Part shown: piece by piece, positions 1-9,800 of the stretch
Layout of the letters: the number at the start of each line of letters is the position of its first letter
Position numbering within the stretch: the stretch's first letter is position 1
IMG/VR virus record: IMGVR_UViG_3300024268_000010
Direction: 5' to 3' (one strand)
Source of the DNA: a virus
Taxonomy: Duplodnaviria > Heunggongvirae > Uroviricota > Caudoviricetes
Length of the DNA: 64,000 bases
Translations under genes and position numbers: made by a program
Notes under the pieces: model-generated
The model's database searches: none
What the model saw: only the letters and a program-made list of their open reading frames with translations
Told to the model about the DNA's origin: nothing

Positions 1-1423
1 GTTCATTCTCTACCACTTCTCCAAACTTGGGGTCATAGCGAGCAATCGCATAATCCTTATAATCTTCTGGTTTGATATGCAACCAACCAACGCATTCGTC
101 TACAAGATGAAACAACGATGATGACATGGCAATCGAGTCTTGGGTCATCTCTTCAATTCTTTTGTGCACAGAAGCTCTATCTGCCTGTACCGTAAATACA
201 CCGGCTGCAGTTTTGAGCTTCTGCACACACTCCTGTAGTCTTGTTGCAGTCTGTTGGAATACTGCCCAATCTCCAACTTTGCTACTGCTAGTTGATGGAG
301 GTGGTTTCAATGTATCGTAACAAATAACATCTGCACCAGAACACAACACTGCTTGATTGAACAATCTAATCATGGCCTCGTCACTATAGTTGCCAGTAAC
401 ATCCTTAAACAAAAACTTGTCTTTCATGTTGTTTTCAAGATATCTTGCAACTTCACAGACTTGTTGGTATTCTGTGCTCTCACTTGCAACACGCTTTCGA
501 AAATCTTCAATGCTTTCTGTAAATTCACCATCTGCATTGTGCCCACGATACATAATTTGTTTATCCCAATCTGACATATAACTTGCAAGCACCAATCTTT
601 TTTCTGGAATAACAAGGTCTGTTCCAGTGATTTTCTTCATATATGGTGCATTACATGCAGTGGTCAATACAGCACGTTTTTGTTTGTCCAAACTCATTTC
701 ATTGGAACACAAATACACTTTTGCCTCTTCCACAAAAGCAAGATATGTTGCCAGGTAAATTAAGTTACGACCTTTACCAGAGTTTGAAATTGCCAAACTC
801 ATCAATGTATCACCAGAATGCAACCCCAAGCAGTATGCGTTCAAAAAATCCCATGGTGTTCCCATGCCCATACTAGGTGTATCAAAAAACCCATTCACAA
901 AATCCATGGTATCTTTTGCCATATCATCTGGGGCGTCAAGGTTCACAATAGTTGAATTGCAGATCGTATCCAATCTGCCACGAATCAATCCTGCAACATC
1001 CTCGGCAGACATTTGACTAAACTTATTATGACCAACAATATTTTCAACAGGATAGTTTTCTTTGTCAAGATTTCTCACCAGAGAATACTTTTTCAATGTA
1101 TTTACTGCACCCATTAACGACTCATCATCAAGCGCCAAGTCCATCATGGCTTTAACAGTATTAAATCCACCAAACTTCTTATATCCTTGTAACCTTGTAT
1201 TATTCATACTAGCAAATGTATTTAGCAGTGCCGGGGATACTTCGTTGGAATATGACAAAAGATAGTCAGTTAAAAATACATTCCAAAATCGTGTGTTGCT
1301 ATCTCCAAAATCACTATTCTTAATCACATCCATATATGAAAAAAATGCTTGAGGGTACTTGAAAAAACTACCAAGTATGCTCAATTCAATTTGTGGACAA
1401 CTTAATTCCAGTTCCTCACTCAT
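1..1423 (-). CDS. Replicative DnaB-family helicase, runs off the window edge (missing from the ORF track)
   Basis: Hand translation MSEELELSCPQIELSILG...; Walker A-like ISNSGKGR, H1a SNEM, Walker B CYDTLK, H3 TVQ; start overlaps upstream stop. Confidence 0.85.
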   Translation of the reverse strand, partial: MSEELELSCPQIELSILGSFFKYPQAFFSYMDVIKNSDFGDSNTRFWNVFLTDYLLSYSNEVSPALLNTFASMNNTRLQGYKKFGGFNTVKAMMDLALDDESLMGAVNTLKKYSLVRNLDKENYPVENIVGHNKFSQMSAEDVAGLIRGRLDTICNSTIVNLDAPDDMAKDTMDFVNGFFDTPSMGMGTPWDFLNAYCLGLHSGDTLMSLAISNSGKGRNLIYLATYLAFVEEAKVYLCSNEMSLDKQKRAVLTTACNAPYMKKITGTDLVIPEKRLVLASYMSDWDKQIMYRGHNADGEFTESIEDFRKRVASESTEYQQVCEVARYLENNMKDKFLFKDVTGNYSDEAMIRLFNQAVLCSGADVICYDTLKPPPSTSSSKVGDWAVFQQTATRLQECVQKLKTAAGVFTVQADRASVHKRIEEMTQDSIAMSSSLFHLVDECVGWLHIKPEDYKDYAIARYDPKFGEVVENE

Positions 1424-2057
1424 TGGTTTCACCGCCATTCATTTCTTGATACAAATCAGAAATCTTTCGTTTTTGATTCCTTGTGCCTTTAATTGCACTG
1501 ATATCCACAATAGTTTCTTGTGCTCTTTGTTGTGTGCTAACTTCTCGTGCCACCTTTTCCTTACGCTTAATGGTCCGATATTCTGCATTTTTTGAAAGCA
1601 ATATGACAAGGTCATAATTTACCGCACGCTCACCATCGATATCTTTTTTTGCCCTTGTCGCACACAAATCTTTCCAGAAATATTGCCACTCATCCAATAG
1701 TTCCATGGGTGAAATTGCATAGGCAAGACCTTTGTATGTTCCATTATAAATATCACTCAACTTAATATAGAATGCCTTACCAAGAAATGAAACATTGTAA
1801 TGGCTTAAAATCCAGTCATTTAAATCATCCTTGGCAACCAATTCCATTTGCTTCTTTGTAGTTTCCGCAACAATGTTATCAATGTTTTCTTTTGCTTCTG
1901 CCCACATAGATGACGAGCGTTTTGATTGCATTTTATTCTCACACAAGTTTACAAAACAATCAAAATGATAAAATTTATCTTTATAACAAATTGCCTTGTT
2001 GTTATTTTGTTGGTCAATATATATCATTTCTGCACAACAAGTACATTTTCTTTTCAT
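1416..2057 (-). CDS. Cys/His-rich replication-region protein (possible helicase loader or accessory)
   Basis: 213 aa; CxCC and HxxC; coupled to helicase; RBS AGGAGG. Confidence 0.6.
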   Translation of the reverse strand: MKRKCTCCAEMIYIDQQNNNKAICYKDKFYHFDCFVNLCENKMQSKRSSSMWAEAKENIDNIVAETTKKQMELVAKDDLNDWILSHYNVSFLGKAFYIKLSDIYNGTYKGLAYAISPMELLDEWQYFWKDLCATRAKKDIDGERAVNYDLVILLSKNAEYRTIKRKEKVAREVSTQQRAQETIVDISAIKGTRNQKRKISDLYQEMNGGETNE

Positions 2058-2119
2058 TTTTGATCCTCCTAATAGAGTTATAGGACTGGGTTTTGCCCAA
2101 TCCTATATTTGAACATTAT

Positions 2120-3277
2120 TTACGCTTTACAAATTTCAAGAATTTTAGTCAACACATCAACATCCGTAACCTTTTTAATTGCTACAGGAGTAGCAGGAAG
2201 GGACGCACTAGTGAGTGATGCTTTCTTTTTATCTCTAATTGCCTGAGGCATATTTCTCATGAGGTCGTTAATCGATGCAATAAGTTCTTCGGCATTGGCT
2301 GTGATATTTTCTGCTACAGGAGTTTCGTCATTCACAATATCACCAAGAACTTCTTTCTCAAAAATCTGTCTATCTTTGTGAATTGCGTCATCAAGGTCAT
2401 TTCTGATTGCAAAAGATTTTCTGCCAGCACCTTTGCTAATTGTTTCTTCGAATGCAAGAAGTGACGGATTTACTACTACATCACCTTTCTCAAACGTATG
2501 AGTTCTGTCCTTTTCAATGCCGTAGCATACTTCCTCATCTTCATTTCTGAACATTCGAATCTGGGTTTTAATATTGTAGTCAATTCCAGCAAACGAGTCA
2601 GGAATTTTCTTACCAGTAGGAGTGCTAGTAAACTGACCATTTGCGTCCTTTGCAGATACTTTTTCATCCTTTTCTCTAGCCGTCATAATAACATGGATCG
2701 GAAGTGCCATAAGAGAAAGAACCAATCTCTGTCCAGCATAATTGAGCTGATTGTAGTCCTTCAGTTCAAGACCTGCATTCTGTGTGGCAACATAAATTTC
2801 TTCTGCTGTGCCACCATTGTTCTTTGCCTTAATTTTGTTTCTCTTCTGAGACAACTGCAACAGTGACTGCGTGTTTGTCAGTTTCAGAACCGAAGTACCG
2901 TCAACAATAACTGCGTCAGGAACAAACTTTTCACCATATGCGTCGGTAATAAGTTCATCGGTTTCTTCACCTTCATCATCGAGATAATAAAGGTCTTCGC
3001 ATTTTGCAATTTTAGAGACATACAATTCGACTTCAGACAAAGACTGTGTATATGCCATAAAAATGTTTCTTGTGTCTACACCCTGGTTTTCAAGTTCTTC
3101 GAGAACCTCATCCGCACCACCAGATTCAATATCGAAACAGAAAACTCTGAACGGAGTTCCGTCTTCTCTTTTAAACTTTGCAATTTCAAGAGCCTGTGTG
3201 CTTTTACCAGTGCCAGGTGCTCCATAAAACAACATGTTAAGCTTTGGTCTGATTAATCCACCTTGTCTAATTTTCAT
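2120..3277 (-). CDS. P-loop AAA ATPase (AAA_24/Sak4-like, SPbeta YorG-like)
   Basis: YGAPGTGKST Walker A, FDIESG, VIVDG Walker B; next to SSB-like gene. Confidence 0.75.
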   Translation of the reverse strand: MKIRQGGLIRPKLNMLFYGAPGTGKSTQALEIAKFKREDGTPFRVFCFDIESGGADEVLEELENQGVDTRNIFMAYTQSLSEVELYVSKIAKCEDLYYLDDEGEETDELITDAYGEKFVPDAVIVDGTSVLKLTNTQSLLQLSQKRNKIKAKNNGGTAEEIYVATQNAGLELKDYNQLNYAGQRLVLSLMALPIHVIMTAREKDEKVSAKDANGQFTSTPTGKKIPDSFAGIDYNIKTQIRMFRNEDEEVCYGIEKDRTHTFEKGDVVVNPSLLAFEETISKGAGRKSFAIRNDLDDAIHKDRQIFEKEVLGDIVNDETPVAENITANAEELIASINDLMRNMPQAIRDKKKASLTSASLPATPVAIKKVTDVDVLTKILEICKA

Positions 3278-3315
3278 AATACATCAATTCCTTTCTGTAA
3301 TCATTCAGTATTGTA

Positions 3316-4374
3316 TTACCAATCTTCTTCCATATCTGCGTCAGAAGAAGTATCGCCCCATCCGTCATCAGTAGTGGTGGTTTCTTTCTTGTCACCATAG
3401 TTCTTTTCTGCCTTGTCTTTGTTAGCAATTGCTCTTCTTGCTTCAGCAATGTTATCCTCGGTATAAGTTTCCTTATCAATCGTAGCAGGTTTTGCACCTG
3501 TGATAACAAATTCAAATACTCTCGGATTGTCTACTCTGTCAAAACTGCTCTTTACACCCCAATCGTCTTCTTCGGTTACCTCTTCGACAACGATAGTGCT
3601 CTTGCACTTACCACTGACTTCGATTGCAGTGTATGCCTTAAGATTCTTTTTCATAAGCTGAGCAAGTTTTGCGTCTTCAATAACGAAAGATGTATTTGTA
3701 ATCGTAGAATATCCGATATGCAAAGCGCTCACAACAAATCTGCCGGTTTCCTTACCCTTGTTATCTTTTTCTTTTTCAATGCTCTCAAATACGATGGTTG
3801 TCTTGAAATCGGCAAGCACTTTATACTCTTCGTCTTCGAAGTCAATCGGCTTGGAGCACAAAGAAATCTGATTAGGAATAAGTTTCTGACTTCTTTGTAC
3901 TTCGCCCTTCTTATTCACATAAGAATCAAACTCCAATGCACCTTTCACAAAAACAGGCATATTGTCTTTAAGATTCTTGGAGATGTATGCAGCCGCATCG
4001 TAATCGACCAAAGTTTTCTTGATATTAGATACTTTGCCGTTTTCATCTGTGATAGTTTCAAGGCCAACTCTTACACCGATCAGGTTGTATCCATCTGCCG
4101 GGCATTTATCTCTCTGTGCCCATACAACTTCCTTAGTATCTTTCAGTTCACCATTGTAGTAATAAACTGACTTGTTGGCAGTACCAGTCAAAGTCATGTA
4201 TGCAGTCTGACCTTCGTCATAAACTACACCAAAATTAAGCAGATTCATATCTGCGTTGTTTTTTGTCTTGGTGCTTTTGAAAAAATTCTGTTTGAGCACA
4301 CCACTTGCATTGCCTCTGATTTGAAATTCACCTTTGGTCTGAGGCAAGTCAAAAATTCTCTTCTTTTTTGCCAT
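3316..4374 (-). CDS. Putative OB-fold single-stranded DNA-binding protein
   Basis: 352 aa beta-rich; acidic tail ending DMEEDW; replication operon context. Confidence 0.6.
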   Translation of the reverse strand: MAKKKRIFDLPQTKGEFQIRGNASGVLKQNFFKSTKTKNNADMNLLNFGVVYDEGQTAYMTLTGTANKSVYYYNGELKDTKEVVWAQRDKCPADGYNLIGVRVGLETITDENGKVSNIKKTLVDYDAAAYISKNLKDNMPVFVKGALEFDSYVNKKGEVQRSQKLIPNQISLCSKPIDFEDEEYKVLADFKTTIVFESIEKEKDNKGKETGRFVVSALHIGYSTITNTSFVIEDAKLAQLMKKNLKAYTAIEVSGKCKSTIVVEEVTEEDDWGVKSSFDRVDNPRVFEFVITGAKPATIDKETYTEDNIAEARRAIANKDKAEKNYGDKKETTTTDDGWGDTSSDADMEEDW

Positions 4375-4417
4375 AATTTAAGTTCTCCTTTATTGTATTA
4401 AAATAATAATTTTTATA

Positions 4418-4642
4418 TCAATCATCTTGTCGTGTATGACGATATTTGTAAAATCTAGAATCTGCCACTGGATTATATAGCATATATAAATCATCTGGGC
4501 TGTTTCCCACCCACAGATGTAATGTTTCACCACGGCAACGAGGACATATCATTGATGTGTACAATTCTTCAATGTCATGTGGTGTTTGGTTTTTGTGTAT
4601 ATATCCACATGCTTGACATTGAAAAGAATTCTTATCCCCCAT
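4418..4642 (-). CDS. Small zinc-ribbon protein
   Basis: CQAC...CPRC; follows sigmaA promoter 4692-4720. Confidence 0.65.
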   Translation of the reverse strand: MGDKNSFQCQACGYIHKNQTPHDIEELYTSMICPRCRGETLHLWVGNSPDDLYMLYNPVADSRFYKYRHTRQDD

Positions 4643-4691
4643 AAATATTCCCCCTTCCCTACTTAATCACTTTGTTTTCTAAAGCAATCAT

Positions 4692-4720
4692 AGTATAGCA
4701 GAGAAAGAGGAATTTGTCAA
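4692..4720 (-). promoter_or_regulatory. sigmaA-type promoter for the replication operon
   Basis: TTGACA-17-TATACT. Confidence 0.8.
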
Positions 4721-4737
4721 GTGGTAATACCAATTGT

Positions 4738-4992
4738 TTACGATTTATTCATAATTATGGTTATTGTCAGCTTACCATCCGACATAGTATACATACCATC
4801 TCGGATCTCTGTTTGTGTGATATCCTGCTTGGACATAAAAATTTCTTGCCCTTTTAAAACCAATCCAATTCGATCATCATTAATTATGTGCACCGAATCA
4901 CAGTTATGAAGTTGTCTACCGAATAACGAATGTTTTAGTAATACTTTTGCTTTTGTATTTTCTAAGTTTGTCCATTGTTCAAAAAATTCCAT
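4738..4992 (-). CDS. Hypothetical protein, probably SOS-inducible
   Basis: 84 aa directly downstream of LexA-box promoter. Confidence 0.65.
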   Translation of the reverse strand: MEFFEQWTNLENTKAKVLLKHSLFGRQLHNCDSVHIINDDRIGLVLKGQEIFMSKQDITQTEIRDGMYTMSDGKLTITIIMNKS

Positions 4993-5040
4993 CGTGTATT
5001 AGTCCCTTCTGTCGAATAAAAATAATATGAGTTCAAATTT

Positions 5041-5069
5041 ATTATAGCACGAACTAATGTTCGATTCAA
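5041..5069 (-). promoter_or_regulatory. sigmaA promoter containing a LexA (Cheo) box
   Basis: TTGAAT-17-TATAAT; CGAAC-TAAT-GTTCG at 5050-5063 lies in the spacer. Confidence 0.85.
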
Positions 5070-5086
5070 TGCATAAAACATACCAA

Positions 5087-5320
5087 TTAGTGAATTATAT
5101 GCCAGAAATGCCACCATACTATAAATATACCAAAACCTACTCCTAGAACACCCACAAGTGGTGCTTGCTCTCTAATTGCAAGAATCACTAAAGGCATAAC
5201 ACCTAATACTGTTAGTGAAATCAAACTACATATCCAACCGCAAACAGTCCAATGCTCCTCATACCCAACATAATTCAACTTATCATTGTGTTCTTTAATT
5301 TTTCTTTTAAGCCAATTCAT
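5087..5320 (-). CDS. Small membrane protein (2 TM)
   Basis: Two hydrophobic stretches; RBS GAGG. Confidence 0.65.
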   Translation of the reverse strand: MNWLKRKIKEHNDKLNYVGYEEHWTVCGWICSLISLTVLGVMPLVILAIREQAPLVGVLGVGFGIFIVWWHFWHIIH

Positions 5321-5358
5321 AGTTATAACCTCTCAATCATTCTGTCTTGTAATTCTTA

Positions 5359-5387
5359 AAAACGAAGAGGAATTGCTTCCTCTTTAT
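5359..5387 (-). terminator. Intrinsic terminator after repressor-like gene
   Basis: AAGAGGAA-GCAA-TTCCTCTT-CG-TTTTT. Confidence 0.7.
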
Positions 5388-6325
5388 TGAAAATACTTAT
5401 AAAACTTATCTTTTACGACCTGTACATATAAATCAGTATACAAATCATATCTTCTTGCCAGTGCCTTGCATTCGTCTGTTTTTATATATTCCAGAAAATC
5501 AAGCCCACTAGTTTGAATTCCTTCCTTAATATAATGCAAGAATCCAGATTCTTGTATACCACTGCTTGTTAATGTTATATTGAAATCTTTAGATATCAGT
5601 ATCAACCTTCTTTGTGCAAAACGGTAACGTCTTTCGACATCTCCATCATTCGTGATGTCATCATTATCAGACAAACTATTAAATCTGGCTTTATATAAGC
5701 CCAAACTTTTCACCTTTGAAATTCTACTTGTTGAGCCAAAAGATATCAATTCATCTTCGTTAAATGCATGACGCAACAATTCGTAGTCTTCTGGTGTGAT
5801 ATCAATAGTTTTTCCGTTCCGGAAATATACTTTTAAGTTATTGCGACTAACTTGATCTAAATTCAAAAACATCAACTCTTTCAATTTATATCCACCAACA
5901 CCTTCAAACAATAAAAATAAAATTGCTTTATCGGTATAATTCAATAAATCGTTTTGAATATCGATCAGTTGCTCTTTTGTTATAAGTAAATCGCTTTTCT
6001 TTTTTTCATTGACGCATTGTTTAAGAATATCCTTTGTAATATTGTCATATATATTGTGAACATCTTTTTTCTGATTATGTAATATCCATCTTGCAGCATG
6101 TTTTAATATTAAATTAAGATTCTGAAGCGATCTTATTGATATCGCGTTCACTGCTGTGTACATTACAATTACTTCATCTTCCGTAAATTCATAAAAGACT
6201 TTTGAAAATTTCTTTTCAAATTCAATAGCCCTATTCAAAGTTGCACGAACACTTGCTATAGCAATAACACGGCTTTTTTGGTACTCTTTTATAAACTCCT
6301 CTACGGTATTTTGACTTGTTAACAA
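5384..6325 (-). CDS. MrpR/YopR-like lytic-cycle repressor (catalytically degenerate tyrosine-recombinase fold)
   Basis: 313 aa; DKAILFLLFEGVGG..LKEL segment, lacks R/HxxR catalytic residues; adjacent to an intact recombinase as in SPbeta; own promoter bracketed by operator palindrome. Confidence 0.7.
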   Translation of the reverse strand: MLTSQNTVEEFIKEYQKSRVIAIASVRATLNRAIEFEKKFSKVFYEFTEDEVIVMYTAVNAISIRSLQNLNLILKHAARWILHNQKKDVHNIYDNITKDILKQCVNEKKKSDLLITKEQLIDIQNDLLNYTDKAILFLLFEGVGGYKLKELMFLNLDQVSRNNLKVYFRNGKTIDITPEDYELLRHAFNEDELISFGSTSRISKVKSLGLYKARFNSLSDNDDITNDGDVERRYRFAQRRLILISKDFNITLTSSGIQESGFLHYIKEGIQTSGLDFLEYIKTDECKALARRYDLYTDLYVQVVKDKFYKYFQ

Positions 6326-6360
6326 ATAAATCCACTCCTTGTGGTTGATTTTGCTTTATC

Positions 6361-6405
6361 ATTATACACTACAAAATGATATATTGCAACCATTTTGTAG
6401 TGTAT
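6361..6405 (-). promoter_or_regulatory. Promoter of repressor-like gene overlapped by an inverted pair of the 17-bp motif
   Basis: TTGCAA-17-TATAAT (6389-6361); ATACACTACAAAATG-N12-CATTTTGTAGTGTAT. Confidence 0.8.
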
Positions 6406-6412
6406 TTTATGC

Positions 6413-7390
6413 TTAAAACATGTTGTCCAATGCTTCCGTCGCTTTCTGTTTATTTTCATCAAGAACTGCAGCATATCTTTGTGTTGTTGTAACAGATTGA
6501 TGTCCCAATATATTTGCAATCGTTTGAATGTCTACACCTGACTTCGCCATGTTTGTGGCAGCCGAAGACCTCATTTTATGTGGAGTAATATGTTTGCCGT
6601 TAATGCCATCGGCATATTTTTTCATAAATTTTCTCACTCCTTCCTCGCTTAATCTTTGCCTCCACTGAGATATAAACAAAGCACTTGTTTCCGCGTCACC
6701 AAAATAGGTTGCCCTATCAACCAACCATGCAGACAATATATTACGTGTATTGGTTCCAAATGGGAGATATCGTTCCTTATGACCTTTTTCAATAACATGT
6801 ATGGTGTTGTTCTTAAAATCAATATCCTCAATATTAATTTGGGTCAGTGCACCAACACGCATTCCTGTTCCTATGCCGAGTGCAATAATAGCAAGATCCC
6901 TATTCACAAATTGTGGTTTAGATTCTTCTTTAATTTTATCCATAATGGAATTAATTTCACCCTCTTCTAGGTATATAATTGGTTTCTCTGTTCTGTTTTT
7001 TGGTCTTCTTGTTTTGGTCATAGGATTAATGTCTAGATAGTCATCCATTACTAAGAAGTTAAAGAACGAATTCAATGCACTCCATCTCGTTGCCTGGATG
7101 CTATCACCATTTTTCACTTCTTTACCGTCTTCAACCCTGCGGCGCAGTGATACAATATATTCTCTAATATCGGAAACGGTTACATGTTTGTAAAATTCAT
7201 TTTTGTTACCATCTTTGTGCACCGAGTCCATGAAATCTGCAACATATTCTATGTAATGCTTCATGCTCGCATATGTTTTTTGGTCTGCCTCCATGTAGTT
7301 ATAGAATTCGGAAAAAACTACAGGCAATGTAGATAGTTTTTCTTCAATTTTAGTCTTTAATTTATTCTCTTTCTCGATTCTTCCACTCAT
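6413..7390 (-). CDS. Tyrosine recombinase/integrase (XerC/D family)
   Basis: GMRVG, K, HKMR, LGH, TQRY catalytic set intact. Confidence 0.92.
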   Translation of the reverse strand: MSGRIEKENKLKTKIEEKLSTLPVVFSEFYNYMEADQKTYASMKHYIEYVADFMDSVHKDGNKNEFYKHVTVSDIREYIVSLRRRVEDGKEVKNGDSIQATRWSALNSFFNFLVMDDYLDINPMTKTRRPKNRTEKPIIYLEEGEINSIMDKIKEESKPQFVNRDLAIIALGIGTGMRVGALTQINIEDIDFKNNTIHVIEKGHKERYLPFGTNTRNILSAWLVDRATYFGDAETSALFISQWRQRLSEEGVRKFMKKYADGINGKHITPHKMRSSAATNMAKSGVDIQTIANILGHQSVTTTQRYAAVLDENKQKATEALDNMF

Positions 7391-7788
7391 TTTTTAATAC
7401 CTCCATTTTTCCATGTAAAGAAAATTATTGTTGCAAAAATCCAAATCAACCATCTGTCCTTGAAAATAATGCCGACCGCCATAATCACAATATACCACAC
7501 CCAACCAATAAAAATGTCGTCTATCGAGGGCAGAATTCTCTCTTGTGTATTGTTTTGTTGAGGTTCGGCATAGTATACAGGCTCGATAATTTCAATAATC
7601 GTTTTATCAAGCGGAAATAGTTTTGATAATTGGCACCCAGTTCCGTCTGTTAATCGCACATAAACCAAATAAGGGCTTATCCATTCAATAGTCCCCTCAT
7701 GAATTGTTCCATAAAAATCAAACTTTAACCTTGTTCCAACATCATAGCACTTTTCTTTGTATCTTAAAAAATACTCTGTTTCCATCAT
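7387..7788 (-). CDS. Hypothetical membrane protein
   Basis: C-terminal two TM helices; start moved to ATG after GGAG. Confidence 0.6.
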   Translation of the reverse strand: MMETEYFLRYKEKCYDVGTRLKFDFYGTIHEGTIEWISPYLVYVRLTDGTGCQLSKLFPLDKTIIEIIEPVYYAEPQQNNTQERILPSIDDIFIGWVWYIVIMAVGIIFKDRWLIWIFATIIFFTWKNGGIKK

Positions 7789-7991
7789 TTGCTCTCCTTG
7801 TTTTTTCTTCTCATCTTTGTCAATTCTCTCTGCCTCCAAAATTCATGTTCGTATTTTTCTAATGCCCCACACTGCTTTTTTAAGCATTCTTTTTGTTTAA
7901 TCTGTGTAGATGTAAGATAGCAACGATGCTTTAAGCAATATCCGACACATCTTTTTTCACTAATTTCCGTATTATACAAACTATGCAACAT
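7785..7991 (-). CDS. Small Cys-rich protein
   Basis: CVGYCLKHRC, CLKKQC; RBS GGAGG. Confidence 0.6.
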   Translation of the reverse strand: MLHSLYNTEISEKRCVGYCLKHRCYLTSTQIKQKECLKKQCGALEKYEHEFWRQRELTKMRRKNKESK

Positions 7992-7996
7992 GGTAA

Positions 7997-8416
7997 TTAG
8001 TTCACCTCCTTTACAAAACCCAATTCTGCTTGGTGTACCCAATAGTTGCCAACAACCTCGTTTGACACATCCCAAATATCCCATGTAGAATGGTCTGCTA
8101 CATATGTGATGTGCCCTCTGCCACAATGAGCAATGGCATGACCGCCAAATGTTTGCACAAATTCCTTGAACCTAACCTTACTGCCATCTTTGTGCACAGG
8201 CTGTTTTTGTTTAACATATCCAAGGTCTTTCAAATACACTCCATAGCATTCAGGAGTGTTTAACATATAGCCTGTCTTGATACTATATTCTGTCAAATCT
8301 CTGATTGTTTTCTCCCAGGTTTCACCTGTGGAAGAACAAAGTGCCCTAATGACACAATCATCGGTGATTCTGTGTTTGGGGTTACAATTGTAGTAGTGGT
8401 AAGTGATTTTGTTCAT
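7997..8416 (-). CDS. Hypothetical protein, possible papain-like Cys-His-Asp fold
   Basis: DDCVIRAL...GH...WDIWD. Confidence 0.55.
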   Translation of the reverse strand: MNKITYHYYNCNPKHRITDDCVIRALCSSTGETWEKTIRDLTEYSIKTGYMLNTPECYGVYLKDLGYVKQKQPVHKDGSKVRFKEFVQTFGGHAIAHCGRGHITYVADHSTWDIWDVSNEVVGNYWVHQAELGFVKEVN

Positions 8417-8445
8417 GATTCATGCTCCTCGTTTCTGTGTACATT

Positions 8446-8489
8446 ATTATACACTAAATTTTCTGTACTTTCAATCATTCTGTCCTGTA
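8446..8489 (-). promoter_or_regulatory. sigmaA promoter with 17-bp motif overlapping -35
   Basis: TACAGGACAGAATGA-TTGAAA-17-TATAAT. Confidence 0.75.
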
Positions 8490-8508
8490 ATTCGCAAATT
8501 GTTTACAA

Positions 8509-9045
8509 TTAGTTTAAGATGCCATATGGCTTATAAACAACCAACAACGGTGCAGAAGCCGTGCCACCAACTCGCTCAATTCTTCCTTTAAATATAGATT
8601 GAAGAATTTCTTTCAAGTCACTGGCAGTTAACACCATCTTGCGAGGACTTGCTGGGTAATTACAAATAAACACACCTCCTTTTTCTAGGCTATTGTATAC
8701 TTGCTTCAGCGTTTCGAGTAACATAGACATTGAACTTTGAACGTTGAGGACATTGCTTGCCATAATCACTCCGTATTGTTTGCTGAGTGCGTCTTGGTCG
8801 TGTAGACCTTCAATGATATTAGTACCAAAGTCATATGCCGTTACATTGAATCCTTCCTCCCTGAGCCACTGAGTGTGTACTGCACCCCTGCCAGCTCCAA
8901 AGTCAAGTATTGAGCAATCCTTGATAACATGCTCTGCCACATACTTCGGAACAATTGCCCGGATACTACCATCCTTATTCTTTGCAGACGCTCCATTGGA
9001 TCTGCTAGTTGCATTCGCAATTTTGATTTCCATTTCATTAAACAT
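8509..9045 (-). CDS. Class I SAM-dependent methyltransferase
   Basis: ILDFGAGRG motif I, AYD, ASNVLNV. Confidence 0.85.
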   Translation of the reverse strand: MFNEMEIKIANATSRSNGASAKNKDGSIRAIVPKYVAEHVIKDCSILDFGAGRGAVHTQWLREEGFNVTAYDFGTNIIEGLHDQDALSKQYGVIMASNVLNVQSSMSMLLETLKQVYNSLEKGGVFICNYPASPRKMVLTASDLKEILQSIFKGRIERVGGTASAPLLVVYKPYGILN

Positions 9046-9058
9046 ATTTGTTTCCTCC

Positions 9059-9553
9059 TTAAATTATATTATATTTTTTAAGCTGCTCTTCCCACTTATG
9101 TGGATAGCCACTAGCTTTCTCAGGCAACTTGCTCAACCAATGCTTTGACCATTCATAGGACTCTTTCACATTAAATCCCTCATAGTCGATAGGTACCCAT
9201 AGCCATTTATGATGAAAAATTTGGCTATTATATTTGTTCCAAATTTCTCCTGTCTCTGTGTTGACAAACACCATCTGCCCAACAACCGGCTCTCGTTCTG
9301 TGCAAAACCCTTCACACACATCGAACCTAACAATATATGGTTTTTTGAAATCATAGCACAATGTATTGAACAAGTACGGTGACAAGTTTTTCTCAACAAG
9401 AATTCGTACAGCCTTAACCCATACCTTTTTTGGAATAATGCCACGATGTGCTCCATTGGCAACATAAATCTTGTCTCCAATTTGCTTGCCTATACCATAT
9501 TTGCTATATTTTATTTTTGATCCTTTAAATGTTTCTAACGGTTTCATGTTCAT
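9059..9553 (-). CDS. Protein resembling the non-catalytic domain of phosphorothioation-associated methyltransferases
   Basis: GKQIGDKIYV...F.TEREP...IFHHKWLWVPIDY...G..W...L pattern, recognised from memory. Confidence 0.55.
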   Translation of the reverse strand: MNMKPLETFKGSKIKYSKYGIGKQIGDKIYVANGAHRGIIPKKVWVKAVRILVEKNLSPYLFNTLCYDFKKPYIVRFDVCEGFCTEREPVVGQMVFVNTETGEIWNKYNSQIFHHKWLWVPIDYEGFNVKESYEWSKHWLSKLPEKASGYPHKWEEQLKKYNII

Positions 9554-9568
9554 AATTATCTTCCTTTC

Positions 9569-9769
9569 TTAATATCCCATTTGATCTTGATAAACAGCGT
9601 GTGTCGTCTTATACATTCGTAATGCCTTGCTCTTTGTAATTGCTCCGAACATTTTTACATATTCGTTAAACGTTCTCTCATCCCAACACTCATAATACCC
9701 ATCACCTCCTTTTGTGTAATATTGTTTTGATAAATTCATAAACTCTTGGTAAGTAAGTGTCTTTTGCAT
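9569..9769 (-). CDS. Hypothetical protein
   Basis: 66 aa; RBS. Confidence 0.6.
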   Translation of the reverse strand: MQKTLTYQEFMNLSKQYYTKGGDGYYECWDERTFNEYVKMFGAITKSKALRMYKTTHAVYQDQMGY

Positions 9770-9800
9770 TTTTCATCTTCCTTTCAATCATTATGTACGG

